Shown here piece by piece: positions 1 through 9,178 of a stretch of 64,000 bases of DNA. Every line of letters starts with the position of its first letter. Within the stretch, counting starts at the first letter, position 1. Position numbers and translations under genes: made by a program. Below the pieces are notes generated by a model. The model was not told the origin of the DNA, did not search any database, and saw only the letters and a program-made list of their open reading frames with translations. The DNA comes from a virus (Duplodnaviria > Caudoviricetes): positions 16,865 through 80,864 of the IMG/VR virus record IMGVR_UViG_2924880783_000005; one strand, given 5' to 3'.

Positions 1-365
1 GGCACAAGTCCGATGCGTGCCCACACGCTGTCCGTCAGGTCGTAGTGCTTGATGCGGTTGTGCGACTTGTCGCAGATGATGATTTCCGCCGGAGTGGTGG
101 CACGGAATTTCGACCGGATGCCGTCGGCATCGGCTCGGAGTTTCTTTTCCTCAGCGATTGTGTGCCACATGGTCGCGACCACGTTTTTAATCACACGGAA
201 AATCTCGTTGTCCGTTTTGTCGGCAGGCTCGAAATCCTTGCCGAAAAAGTGCTGTGCGGTTTGTACCGTCACACCGTCGCGGTTGGTCGAGCTGTAAACC
301 AGCATTACACCTGCAAACGCACTGAGATTTGCGTACTGTTCCTTGTTCAATTTAGAAGTTGCCAT
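1..365 (-). CDS. Hypothetical phage protein, partial (runs off the left edge; absent from the ORF track)
   Basis: Manual translation from the ATG at 365-363 gives MATSKLNKEQYANLSAFAGVMLVYSSTNRDG..., open to position 1, with an A/T-rich region upstream. Confidence 0.8.
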   Translation of the reverse strand, partial: MATSKLNKEQYANLSAFAGVMLVYSSTNRDGVTVQTAQHFFGKDFEPADKTDNEIFRVIKNVVATMWHTIAEEKKLRADADGIRSKFRATTPAEIIICDKSHNRIKHYDLTDSVWARIGLV

Positions 366-404
366 AATGATTTGAATTAAAGAATTACTGCGTAAAATCA
401 CGCA

Positions 405-477
405 TTGCGGGCACTCGGGGAATCGAACCCCGAACCCTGCACGATAGCGCAAAGTGTGGCATTCCTGCCACGTGCCC
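405..477 (-). ncRNA. tRNA-like element (intact acceptor stem and T-arm, degenerate D and anticodon arms)
   Basis: Minus strand: GGGCAC(G)...(A)GTGCCC acceptor stem, CGGGG-TTCGATT-CCCCG T-arm, TGGCA-GGAA-TGCCA hairpin. It ends G-CAA rather than CCA and has no canonical 5-bp/7-nt anticodon arm. Confidence 0.55.
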
Positions 478-517
478 AAAAAATTGCCGTGCATTTCACC
501 CTGCACGGCAAATTTTT
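478..517. terminator. Bidirectional intrinsic terminator
   Basis: Perfect 10-bp stem TTGCCGTGCA (484-493)/TGCACGGCAA (502-511) with an A-run on the left and a T-run on the right. Confidence 0.7.
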
Positions 518-519
518 CG

Positions 520-527
520 TAACTTTG
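520..527 (+). promoter_or_regulatory. Bacteroidota housekeeping -7 element
   Basis: TAACTTTG matches TAnnTTTG; no convincing CDS follows. Confidence 0.45.
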
Positions 528-2111
528 TCGCACCTTATAACGTACCCCATAGCAGGCTATCCAAATGAGCGTATTTTCGGCATATCGTGTATCGGCTTAC
601 TCACGTTTCATTCGTGTCGTGGCACTGCGCTGCTTTACTCCAATTTCGGCAAGACGCTTCTCTGGCACGTCCCGGATCTTTCCCAATCCGGCAGCTAACT
701 TTAAGGTGAGGCATTTAGGCGTTGCCGCCGAGCTGGGTATTGGGTATAGCATTGGCATATACATTTACCAGCGTCCTCTATGCGGATAGTTTTTACCGCT
801 CGTGCATTTTATTCCGAGCGCACAAGGGCGCAATTATGGCATTATTCTTACACGTCCTTTTTCCATACAACTCTCGCACTCCCAAAATTTAGCGTGCTTT
901 GTGTATGCGGACTAAAAACACGTTTTTAGCCGTTCCAACTTGCTACATTGGTTTGTAGTCTTGCTCGGTGTGGTTATTTAACACCCTATTTAATCGCTCC
1001 AAAGCGAACAAGCGAATTTTTGATTTTCCAAGCCTCAAAAATAGGTTTCCCACAAAAAGGGCTTTTTGTTTCTCGCTCTCGGCGGACTGTTTTTTCTGTT
1101 TCTTAAATCTGTTTTTTAGTTATCTATTTTTTTGTTCGTTTTTCTCCGTACTTGTTTGCCGTTTGTTTGGCTTTCGAGTACATGACTATTATAAAACCGT
1201 TTTTCCAATCTCCAAAACTTTTTGCAAAAAAAATTTTTGAGGTTTCCCAAAACAGCCCTTTTGCGAATATGGAACGCCCGCGCGCGAGGAGGCTTTGTAA
1301 ACGATTGAATAACAGCCGTTTATAAAAAGTTGAAAAAAATTTTTTCTTTGCAAAAATCAAAAAAGCCCCGATTCAAAGCGTATAACAAAATGAAAGTTTG
1401 CATAAATAGCTATTTATCAGATAATTATAATTGATATAAACCTGAATATAAAAGCGAAATGCAAAAAACACTTTTTTATGCTTTCAATTTGTAAGATAAC
1501 AAAGATAAAAAAGGCATTTTAGGTTTACTTTTCAATAAAGTAAACCATATAATATATTGATATTCAACAAAGTGATAAAATTAAAAAGAATGTGGAGGGT
1601 GCGCTTGCGGGTGCGGATTCGGTATCTGTCCTCGGGCCGTTTTTCCAAGTCCGACTTTTGAAATCGGGATGAAATGCCTTCCAGATGCAAAAATTATAAG
1701 TATGGCGCGGAATATATATGGATTTACTCGGATGAAACGCGGCATATCTGTTTGTGCTGTTTATATCTGACATTTTTTCTATATATATAGACTTTTCTGC
1801 ATTTTTTCCTTTTACTGCTGTCTTGGGTTTCGTGACGGCTTGCATTTATATACGGGGTTTCTTAAGATTCGGAATCCGGTGGGATGATACGCCATTTTCG
1901 GCGGTTGTTATGGTGTCGGGTTGATTATCAAGAATAAACGGATTGAGTTCAGATTATTCCTATTACATAGAAATCTGTGTTTTAGCAATATATATGATAT
2001 ATAGGGTGAGAGACATCGTTAATATCTGACTTATTTGTACAGTTTTTGCTTTTTTATATTAAAAGCCGGAGTTTTGGGGTTTAGGTTCCCGATTCTTTGC
2101 TGAATAATATA

Positions 2112-2119
2112 TATATTTG
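2112..2119 (+). promoter_or_regulatory. Bacteroidota housekeeping -7 element for the 2140 gene
   Basis: TATATTTG about 20 nt upstream of the ATG at 2140. Confidence 0.55.
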
Positions 2120-2139
2120 CAGTATAGTCCAGTTCATAT

Positions 2140-3024
2140 ATGGCCACTGGGACACCCCTAACCGCTGAAATGAACCGATACATGAATATGAAGTCAAAAA
2201 AAAGCAAGCATATATTATCCCAGGATTCGAATACACCCGCTGACGGTGGCATCCGTAAAGGGAGCGTCGTCGTAAACTCCCTGACTGCGGAGATAGGCAT
2301 AGCGAGCAACATTGATGAAGAGTGCGCGGCCATAGCAGTGCGACGTACGGCTGAGGGCAAGCTGTGTGATGAGGAGGTCGTGGTGTATCTGAGGGATTGC
2401 CGCTCCGCCACACGGAAAGAACAGAGAACGTTGCAGCATTTGTTGAACGATCGGCAGTTGCTATGGGATACGCGTCATTGTCGGCTCAAAAAAAACACTT
2501 ATACGCCTCAAAACGGTGCCCGCGTACAGCTCAGTACGCTTGGCAGAGAGGTTATCATCGGAGTGTTCAAGGAGTTTGATAGCGAAGGCCGCATCATCAT
2601 GTACTGTATGATGCAGCCGGAAAAACGTCCCACCTATTCGATGCATGAGGTGGCTGGCAAGGCCGGTGATTTCCAGATACAGCCCGTGGGTTCTACCGCC
2701 CGTATGAAGCTGGATCGGGCGCTTGCGGCCGAAGGTCTTGTCTGGAACGGGCACCTGCGTTGCATGGAGACCGTCGGCAAACGTCAGTTGCGGGGGCAGG
2801 TCTATTACTATCTTAACGAGTTGTATGAGATCTGCGAGGTGAGAGATACGTACAAGCTACGCGACCGCAAACGCATGGCCGTAGGGAATCGTTTTGCCAC
2901 ACGCGAGGCGGCGGAGAGCGTGCGGGAGTGCCTCGTGTCGATCCTGCGCATGCGGCACAGCGCGGAGGCGGAAGGCCGGCGTATCGCAAGGGACGACATC
3001 GATGGGGGAAATAAGAAGAAATAG
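2140..3024 (+). CDS. Hypothetical phage protein (294 aa)
   Basis: Long ORF with an upstream -7 element. The C-terminal GNRFATREAAE segment resembles a motif seen in phage proteins. Confidence 0.75.
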   Translation: MATGTPLTAEMNRYMNMKSKKSKHILSQDSNTPADGGIRKGSVVVNSLTAEIGIASNIDEECAAIAVRRTAEGKLCDEEVVVYLRDCRSATRKEQRTLQHLLNDRQLLWDTRHCRLKKNTYTPQNGARVQLSTLGREVIIGVFKEFDSEGRIIMYCMMQPEKRPTYSMHEVAGKAGDFQIQPVGSTARMKLDRALAAEGLVWNGHLRCMETVGKRQLRGQVYYYLNELYEICEVRDTYKLRDRKRMAVGNRFATREAAESVRECLVSILRMRHSAEAEGRRIARDDIDGGNKKK

Positions 3025-3241
3025 TGTTTATTCGTTTTTGTTTGTTTCTCTGGAAGGAAAAGTATCTATCCGTTCCTCTGTCCGATAATAAACGGTTTCA
3101 TCAGAAAACAAAAAATTAACAGACGGCGCCTGCCGTCTGCCATATCTTGTTTCTTTTTTGGTATCTTTTTTCTTTGCTTCAAAGAAAAAAGTACATTACA
3201 GTTCTTTATCTTACTTCTTATATCTATATATCTTATATTGC

Positions 3242-3309
3242 TTGTACTTTTGTACAAGCCTCCGGGCGGGGCATTTGTACATTCGGCCATCTCTTTTGTA
3301 CGTTTGTAC
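3242..3309. repeat. Array of five TTGTAC hexamers
   Basis: TTGTAC at 3242, 3250, 3275, 3296 and 3304, next to an AT-rich tract and an 8-bp hairpin (3120-3139). Confidence 0.7.
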
Positions 3310-3545
3310 ACGCCCCCCGTATTTTTACGGTCAGAGAACTTTTCATCCAGATAAAATATCAAAAAAACAGACAGAAATACATTGTCTCCTTAATTTTGCA
3401 ACAATATTTTCCAAAACAAAATATTGAACCGGATAGTCGTCACATGCACAAGACCGCGAAACACGAGGGAAAAGAGGCGGTCTGTGCGATGATTTCAGGT
3501 GAGATCACGGATGATACAGTGTAGGAGCATGCTTCGTATAAAATA

Positions 3546-3573
3546 AAAAGCCGCTGAATGTTCGGCGGCTTTT
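3546..3573. terminator. Intrinsic terminator ending the leftward operon
   Basis: AAAAGCCGC...GCGGCTTTT inverted repeat just beyond the stop at 3596. Confidence 0.7.
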
Positions 3574-3595
3574 CTGGTTTTGTGGCAACCGGTTG

Positions 3596-4006
3596 TCAGT
3601 CCTCTTCCAACCGGAGTTTCTCGTCATCGGTTATGGACAGCACCCTCCGTCCTTGCGTTTCGAATACTTCTTTACAGAACGCGCGCAGCCTGACCGGATT
3701 CGGTGTCGTCGAGAGAATTTCGACCAGCCTGAGATACGCCGTCATATCCCAGATATAGTCGTACTTGCCGTCGACGGGGACCCTTTCGAGCAGCCCCATG
3801 CGCATGCTTCTGCCTACATACCGCTCGAAGGTACGCCGTCCCATTCCCGTTGCCGCCAGATGTGTTTTCAGGCTGCAAACGGTGACGTGTCCCCGGTTTC
3901 TGCGTTCGGCGAGATTGGCCATGTAAGCCATAAAGGCGGCTTCGGACATTCCGAAACCCATCACAAGCCCTTTGTACACTTTGTAGAAATAGGCCTGTCC
4001 TTTCAT
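3596..4006 (-). CDS. Hypothetical protein, possible winged-HTH DNA-binding protein
   Basis: 136 aa with the segment SLKTHLAATGMGRRTFERYVGRSMRMGLLER; overlaps the upstream gene by 4 nt. Confidence 0.7.
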   Translation of the reverse strand: MKGQAYFYKVYKGLVMGFGMSEAAFMAYMANLAERRNRGHVTVCSLKTHLAATGMGRRTFERYVGRSMRMGLLERVPVDGKYDYIWDMTAYLRLVEILSTTPNPVRLRAFCKEVFETQGRRVLSITDDEKLRLEED

Positions 4007-4224
4007 ATGGCCTCCATAGGTTTTTGTTCGACATTTTCCGTCTCATCCTGTATTGCTTCATTGAGATAGCAATGCTGGATTTTCCGGTTAATCATCGGTT
4101 TGTAGACAGTGTATCCCAGTTTCCTGGCATATCGGCCCACGGTCACCCTGTTGGCCACCCTGCCCGTGTTCTCGATGAGATGTCTCGCCATCTCGTCGAA
4201 AGTCATTCGCTTTTTTAATTTCAT
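4003..4224 (-). CDS. Small hypothetical DNA-binding protein
   Basis: 73 aa, basic, coupled to the next gene by an ATGA-type overlap. Confidence 0.7.
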   Translation of the reverse strand: MKLKKRMTFDEMARHLIENTGRVANRVTVGRYARKLGYTVYKPMINRKIQHCYLNEAIQDETENVEQKPMEAI

Positions 4225-4378
4225 ACTGCTTTGTTCAAATGGTTCTTTGGATAAGGTTAGCGCCTATCCGTGTGAATTGTTTGCAACCAGTATGAATTAA
4301 AACCGGAACCGGAAAGCAAATGTATTGTGAGGAACTAACGGGTTATCATATAACTCATTTGCCATCCGGTCCACTCTC

Positions 4379-4816
4379 TTATCCCGTCATCAGGCGGACT
4401 ATTTCCCCGATAACCGTATCGTTTCTTTCGTCCAGCCACTCCCGTGCGACATTCCACGAAAGCGAAGAGCTGAATATCAGGTTTTCCCGGGTTATGATGT
4501 GGTGCGACAGCCTGCCCTCCGTCGGTTTCAGCCCGGCGTCATGCAGTTCGCACAGCCCGTCATGGAAGAATATGCAATATCCGTTTTCCTGTCGTGCCTG
4601 AATCATCGGAACGACGTACGGTATGCGTCCCAGTACCAGTCCCACGCCCCACAGCGTGGGTGCGAGCCGTTCCTTGTAGCCGGCTTTCAGGAGGCGCAGG
4701 ATATCCTCGGGCGTGCCGAGGCAGGGAGTACGGCATTGCTCCCTGCACCGGGCGCACCGGCATTCCACGGGCTTGCGTCCCGTCTCGCGGATGATGCGTT
4801 GCAGTGCCGTTTCCAT
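4379..4816 (-). CDS. Cys-cluster (Zn/Fe-chelating, YkgJ-like) hypothetical protein
   Basis: Start reassigned to the ATG at 4816, 2 nt past the upstream stop. Motifs CRCARCREQCRTPC and CIFFHDGLCELH...KPTEGR. Confidence 0.7.
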   Translation of the reverse strand: METALQRIIRETGRKPVECRCARCREQCRTPCLGTPEDILRLLKAGYKERLAPTLWGVGLVLGRIPYVVPMIQARQENGYCIFFHDGLCELHDAGLKPTEGRLSHHIITRENLIFSSSLSWNVAREWLDERNDTVIGEIVRLMTG

Positions 4817-4818
4817 AC

Positions 4819-5943
4819 TCAACGGTATTCGGGGTGTCTCTTCCACCACAGTTCGATAATGCATTCCCTGCCGACGGGGGTCCAGCGTTTGCGGGACCCG
4901 AACGTGAAAACCTTTCCGCGGTCGTTCTCCCACGTGTAGGGGACGTCACATTGCCAGGAACGGTACGCGGGCAGCACGACCCATTGTTGCTTGCTGTACA
5001 TGCAGACGCCCTCTTCCTGCAGGAAACGGTGCAGATCCCGTGACGAGGTGTTGAGTTCATCGGCGATGCGCGTGCTCCTGAACCACTCCCGCTTCTCTAC
5101 AAACTCATCGTAAAAGGCGGCTTTGCGCGAGAAGTCGCGCACGACGCCGCGGAGTTCGTCGATCATGCCCAGCGCACTCTCCATATCTGTCGGGACCGGC
5201 CTGCCCAGGCAGGGCAACTCGGCGGCTCCCGCATCGCGCGGCAACATCTTGCGCCGGGCGTGTCTTGCCGTCAACGTCCCGAGCAACTCTTCGCACCACT
5301 CGGGCAGTCCGGAATCCGGCGCGATCCAACGTGCCATCGGAACCAGCAACGGCGACTCTATCCATGTGGCGCCGTTGCCCCGTCCCCGTGTGGTAAAAAT
5401 CTGGAACTCGTAGCGGTCCGTCTGTCCGGTTCGTGCCAGCTCGCGCCGCAGGTGGTCTGTGGCGGCGATACGGAGCCATTCGGAGGGTATTTTCCCGTAA
5501 CGCATCGTTATCTGTGTGGCATTGACCATCAGTTTGTCCCCGACGCGTCGGAGGGTCACCGGAAAATCATCTGCGAAATGATAGACGTTGTCCGGCTGCC
5601 GTTGGGCATGAAGATTTCCCGCTTCCAGTTCGAAAAGCTGGTTGCCCCATGCTTCCAGCTCGTCAAACAGGTCCCGGGGTAGAATACTCTCCTTGCGCAC
5701 GGACTGTAAAAGCCGCCTCATGTCCGACGGCCGGAAGGCCCACTGCTCACGTCCGCCCTTGCGCAGCGGCATTCTGATGGAGGACGGGCATATCTCCGCG
5801 ATGCCGCCGTTCTTTAACAACTCGTCTCGTTTAAGGATCCCGCACACGTCGTCGGCCGAGATGTGCAGCATCCCGTCATGGTTCCGCGATACACGGATGG
5901 TCGTATCGCGGAACGGAACATTTCTGTTTTCTTTCATAATCAT
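4819..5943 (-). CDS. BRO-N/KilA-N-like domains plus a KilAC-type antirepressor C-terminus
   Basis: VNATQITMRYGKIPSEWLR...GTWIESPL (KilA-N-like) and a C-terminal STRIADELNTSSRDLHRFLQEEG...RWTPVGRECI (KilAC-like). Confidence 0.8.
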   Translation of the reverse strand: MIMKENRNVPFRDTTIRVSRNHDGMLHISADDVCGILKRDELLKNGGIAEICPSSIRMPLRKGGREQWAFRPSDMRRLLQSVRKESILPRDLFDELEAWGNQLFELEAGNLHAQRQPDNVYHFADDFPVTLRRVGDKLMVNATQITMRYGKIPSEWLRIAATDHLRRELARTGQTDRYEFQIFTTRGRGNGATWIESPLLVPMARWIAPDSGLPEWCEELLGTLTARHARRKMLPRDAGAAELPCLGRPVPTDMESALGMIDELRGVVRDFSRKAAFYDEFVEKREWFRSTRIADELNTSSRDLHRFLQEEGVCMYSKQQWVVLPAYRSWQCDVPYTWENDRGKVFTFGSRKRWTPVGRECIIELWWKRHPEYR

Positions 5944-6293
5944 AATCTTGTCTCTTTTTCATCATTATCATCCTTCTTTTTATGGCGCAACACACGTTTG
6001 TGCGCCATCTGCCGTACCGAATAGTAGGCGCGTTTCTCTCCGCACAGTGCGTCGTAGTCCTGCAACCGCAATACGCCGAGTTCGGCCACCTCGATTTCGA
6101 CATCCGGGTGCAGGTGCCGGAAATAGAAACCGCCGCTGCAAATGTATTTGCCTGTACAGCAGAATGAAATGGCCTGCAAGTTGCCTTTGGTCAGCTCCGC
6201 CGCGCTGTGGAGCGATCGGGTGACGGCGATGAGGACCTGTGCCCCGTTGAAGATGAGCACCATTTTCGGGCGCTTAAAACTGCTTCGTCTCAT
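5940..6293 (-). CDS. NUMOD1-like DNA-binding protein
   Basis: RSLHSAAELTKGNLQAISFCCTGKYICSGGFYF resembles the NUMOD1/IENR1 motif; overlaps both neighbours. Confidence 0.6.
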   Translation of the reverse strand: MRRSSFKRPKMVLIFNGAQVLIAVTRSLHSAAELTKGNLQAISFCCTGKYICSGGFYFRHLHPDVEIEVAELGVLRLQDYDALCGEKRAYYSVRQMAHKRVLRHKKKDDNDEKETRL

Positions 6294-6726
6294 GATGTTC
6301 TAAAATTTGTGTTAATTCCTCACGCGTAAATCTAAGACTGACAGCCCTTATCAGCCAAGTGTCCGAAACAGTGAGACCGTCGGTCAGCATCTCCGAGAGG
6401 CGTTCTAGCATGTAGGCGCCGAAAGCGGGTTCGATGTAAACGACGAACAGCAGTGCCAGACATTCATCAATTAACAGGTGTCCCGACGCTTCGTCCCGGA
6501 CGACCAGATTGTCCGTGTCTATTCCGTAAGCCTCGGAGAGTGCCGCAATCCAATGGTGGAAGGCTATGCGGAACTCCCGGACATTGTGCCGCCGCTCGTC
6601 ACTCCGGCTGCGGATGAAGTGCGTGGCGTCGAAATAGTACGGACCGTCGTCCTTTGACGTTCCGAAAAGCAGATCGGGGAATTCCTTGTACCGGATCATC
6701 CGGCAAGGAATCGAAACGGTTTTCAT
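6274..6726 (-). CDS. KilA-N-like protein
   Basis: YFDATHFI and GHLLIDECLALLFVVYIEPAF segments; first gene of the leftward operon. Confidence 0.65.
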   Translation of the reverse strand: MKTVSIPCRMIRYKEFPDLLFGTSKDDGPYYFDATHFIRSRSDERRHNVREFRIAFHHWIAALSEAYGIDTDNLVVRDEASGHLLIDECLALLFVVYIEPAFGAYMLERLSEMLTDGLTVSDTWLIRAVSLRFTREELTQILEHHETKQF

Positions 6727-6766
6727 TTTCTCTTTTTCATGTCGCTAATTTGTTAAAAATGGAATG

Positions 6767-6774
6767 CAAAGATA
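6767..6774 (-). promoter_or_regulatory. Housekeeping -7 element for the leftward KilA-N operon
   Basis: Plus-strand CAAAGATA reads TATCTTTG on the minus strand, about 40 nt upstream of the start at 6726. Confidence 0.6.
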
Positions 6775-6959
6775 TATATTCCGACCATAAAAATAGTAAT
6801 AAAATAGCGTATATTTTCAGTTTTAGACTAAATTATTATCGTTGATAATTAGATGATTAGAGCGTATTTGATACGTAAAATCTATATATTTACGCCGGAC
6901 TTTTTTATCTGAAATCCAAACCATAAAAGGTGTCCGCTCCATATACTTTTTTTCGGGCA

Positions 6960-6988
6960 AACTTTAGCCGGGAAACGTCTCTACTCTT
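6960..6988 (+). promoter_or_regulatory. Phage late-promoter motif AAC-N18-CTACTCTT (portal operon)
   Basis: AAC at 6960-6962 and CTACTCTT at 6981-6988, 19 nt before the ATG. Confidence 0.7.
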
Positions 6989-7007
6989 TAGGTAAAATCA
7001 AGCGTAA

Positions 7008-8333
7008 ATGACGACATCCGACCATTCATTCAACGGCGAGCTTCTGGAGAGCATCTTTCGGACCTCGAAAAAGACCATCCAGGAATATGTCCGCGAGATC
7101 GAGCGCAACAACCGTTACCGATCCTCGCGTCAGGATGTGATGCTGGGCTGTATTCTCGACGACCGGGCGCGGCTCATCGACCTGTACGACGCCTGCCTCC
7201 AGCAGGACGCGCATATCCGTGCCGTCATCGAGACCTTGGAGAGCCAGATTCTCGGGGACCGCTATATGCTCGCTCGCATGAACGAGAAAGGGAAATATAT
7301 CAAAGACGTGGCACATTCCCGGAAGATTCAGGGTTCGCAATTCGATAAGATAATCAAAGGCATCGTGGAATCCAAACTTTACGGCTACACCCTGTTGGAG
7401 ATTATGCCCACCCTTGATCCGAAGACGGGCAAACTGGCCGAGGTGAACAACATCGAGCGGCGCAACGTGCTGGCCGACCAGCGCATCGTCCTCAAACGTC
7501 AGGGGCTTTGGGAGCCGCACTGGGATTTGCGTCACGCGGCCTACGCGAGGAACTACATCCTGATCAACTCCGGGGACCTGGGGTTATTCTCGGCCACGAC
7601 ACCGTTGATTCTGGCCAAGAAATTCACCGTCGCCAACTACGTCAACTTCTCGCATACCTACGGCCAGCCCATCATCCACGGCAAGACCGTCTCGGAAAGC
7701 AACGCCGACCGCAAGCGTCTGGCCAATGAAATCGCCAACGCCGCGCAGAACAAAGTGGTCGTAACGGGCATCGAGGACGAGGTGGACATCAAGACCTTCA
7801 TGATGTCCAATTCGGAAAAAATCTACACGGGGCTTATCGACTTCGTGAACAAGGAGGTCTCGAACCTGGTGCTTGGGTCCGAGTCTATGGCCGGCGGCAT
7901 GCAGTCGTACGTGGGATCCACGAAAGCCCATCAGGACATTTTCCGCGATAGGATTGAGGTTTATCGCCGGTATATCGAGAACATCATGAACGAGGAGGTC
8001 GTGCCCCGTCTGGTGGCCATGGGATACATCCCTGCCGGTCTGGAGTTCAAATACTCGAACCGCATTGAGATGAATAACGAGGACCGCATCAAACTCTACT
8101 CGCTCATCACGGACAAGTACGAGGTCGCGGCGGACGAAATCGAGAAAGAGTTCGGCATCAACGTCGGCAAACAGCTCAATGTGTTTCCGGAGGGTGCCTA
8201 CGGCGGCGCGGGCGGAGTGTCTGTCGGCGGCAGCGGCAATGACCGCCATATCATGTCCGACGAGGAATATTACAAGCGGTACGGGCATCCGCGAGGGGTG
8301 CAGGTCGCAAATTTTCTGCGGGGAGCGAAGTGA
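7008..8333 (+). CDS. Portal protein (DUF935/Mu gp29-like)
   Basis: 441 aa; LYDACLQQDAHIRAVIE, FSHTYGQP and LVLGSESM motifs; first gene of the head module. Confidence 0.85.
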   Translation: MTTSDHSFNGELLESIFRTSKKTIQEYVREIERNNRYRSSRQDVMLGCILDDRARLIDLYDACLQQDAHIRAVIETLESQILGDRYMLARMNEKGKYIKDVAHSRKIQGSQFDKIIKGIVESKLYGYTLLEIMPTLDPKTGKLAEVNNIERRNVLADQRIVLKRQGLWEPHWDLRHAAYARNYILINSGDLGLFSATTPLILAKKFTVANYVNFSHTYGQPIIHGKTVSESNADRKRLANEIANAAQNKVVVTGIEDEVDIKTFMMSNSEKIYTGLIDFVNKEVSNLVLGSESMAGGMQSYVGSTKAHQDIFRDRIEVYRRYIENIMNEEVVPRLVAMGYIPAGLEFKYSNRIEMNNEDRIKLYSLITDKYEVAADEIEKEFGINVGKQLNVFPEGAYGGAGGVSVGGSGNDRHIMSDEEYYKRYGHPRGVQVANFLRGAK

Positions 8334-9178
8334 GTGCCCGGCTTCCGCTCCCCGACATACTTGCGGCACGGGCCGAAAGGACAGATGCACGGAAAGAGTA
8401 CGAAACGATACGCGAGGCATTCCGCCGGCTGATATCAGGTTGGGAGAACGACGCCGAGCGTAAGGATATTATCGGGGACATCATCACGCTTCGTTGCTCG
8501 TTCCTTATAGACAGGGCTTTGAAAGGTCTTCGAATTGATCTCGAACAGGCTTTGAACATCCTTCGAAACCATAATGACTTCACCACGGAGCATGAACGCC
8601 GGCAGCGGGACGTCCTTCTGGCCGCCATTGACAACCTGGTGGACTTCGCCGCCGCCGAAGAATTTGCCTTGTTGGAAGAGTTGCCCGAACAGCCGCAGGT
8701 GGAAAAGATTACTGAATACGAGGCCTTGTGCGAGCGTTACAATCTGGTCTACGCCTCCAGGGAGAACGACCAGGTGCTGTTTGCCGCCTCCATCGCGGCG
8801 TGGTGGCTGACGGTGGATGCCGGTACAATCGTCACCTTCATGACACAGGGCGACGAGCGTGTGCGGGCGTGGCATCTCTCGCTTGAGGGCCTCTCTTTCC
8901 GCAAATCGGAATTTCCTCCTGAATTGATTCCTCCCATCGAATGGGGTTGCCGCTGCTTTCTTGTGGCGGACGGCTTCGCTTCGGTATACGGGTCACTTCC
9001 TGCTGCCGATGCGTATCGCCGGAATGTCGACCCCGTCTTTCGGGAAAGTCTGGCTACGGGAGGCAGAATCTTCTCGCCGGCACACGCCTATTTCTCCAGG
9101 CCATTGCCGGAATATGTACAACAGATCGTGAAACGCATAAAGGAAAAGTTCAGCTATGCCGAAGATAACGCTCGATGA
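8330..9178 (+). CDS. Minor head/morphogenesis protein (Mu gpF, SPP1 gp7-like)
   Basis: FMTQGDERVRAWH...PPIEWGCRC motif; follows the portal. Confidence 0.85.
   Translation: MSARLPLPDILAARAERTDARKEYETIREAFRRLISGWENDAERKDIIGDIITLRCSFLIDRALKGLRIDLEQALNILRNHNDFTTEHERRQRDVLLAAIDNLVDFAAAEEFALLEELPEQPQVEKITEYEALCERYNLVYASRENDQVLFAASIAAWWLTVDAGTIVTFMTQGDERVRAWHLSLEGLSFRKSEFPPELIPPIEWGCRCFLVADGFASVYGSLPAADAYRRNVDPVFRESLATGGRIFSPAHAYFSRPLPEYVQQIVKRIKEKFSYAEDNAR

Noticed and set aside
405-477. Functional canonical tRNA gene
   Set aside because: No assignable anticodon arm, truncated D-loop and non-CCA end; reported only as tRNA-like.
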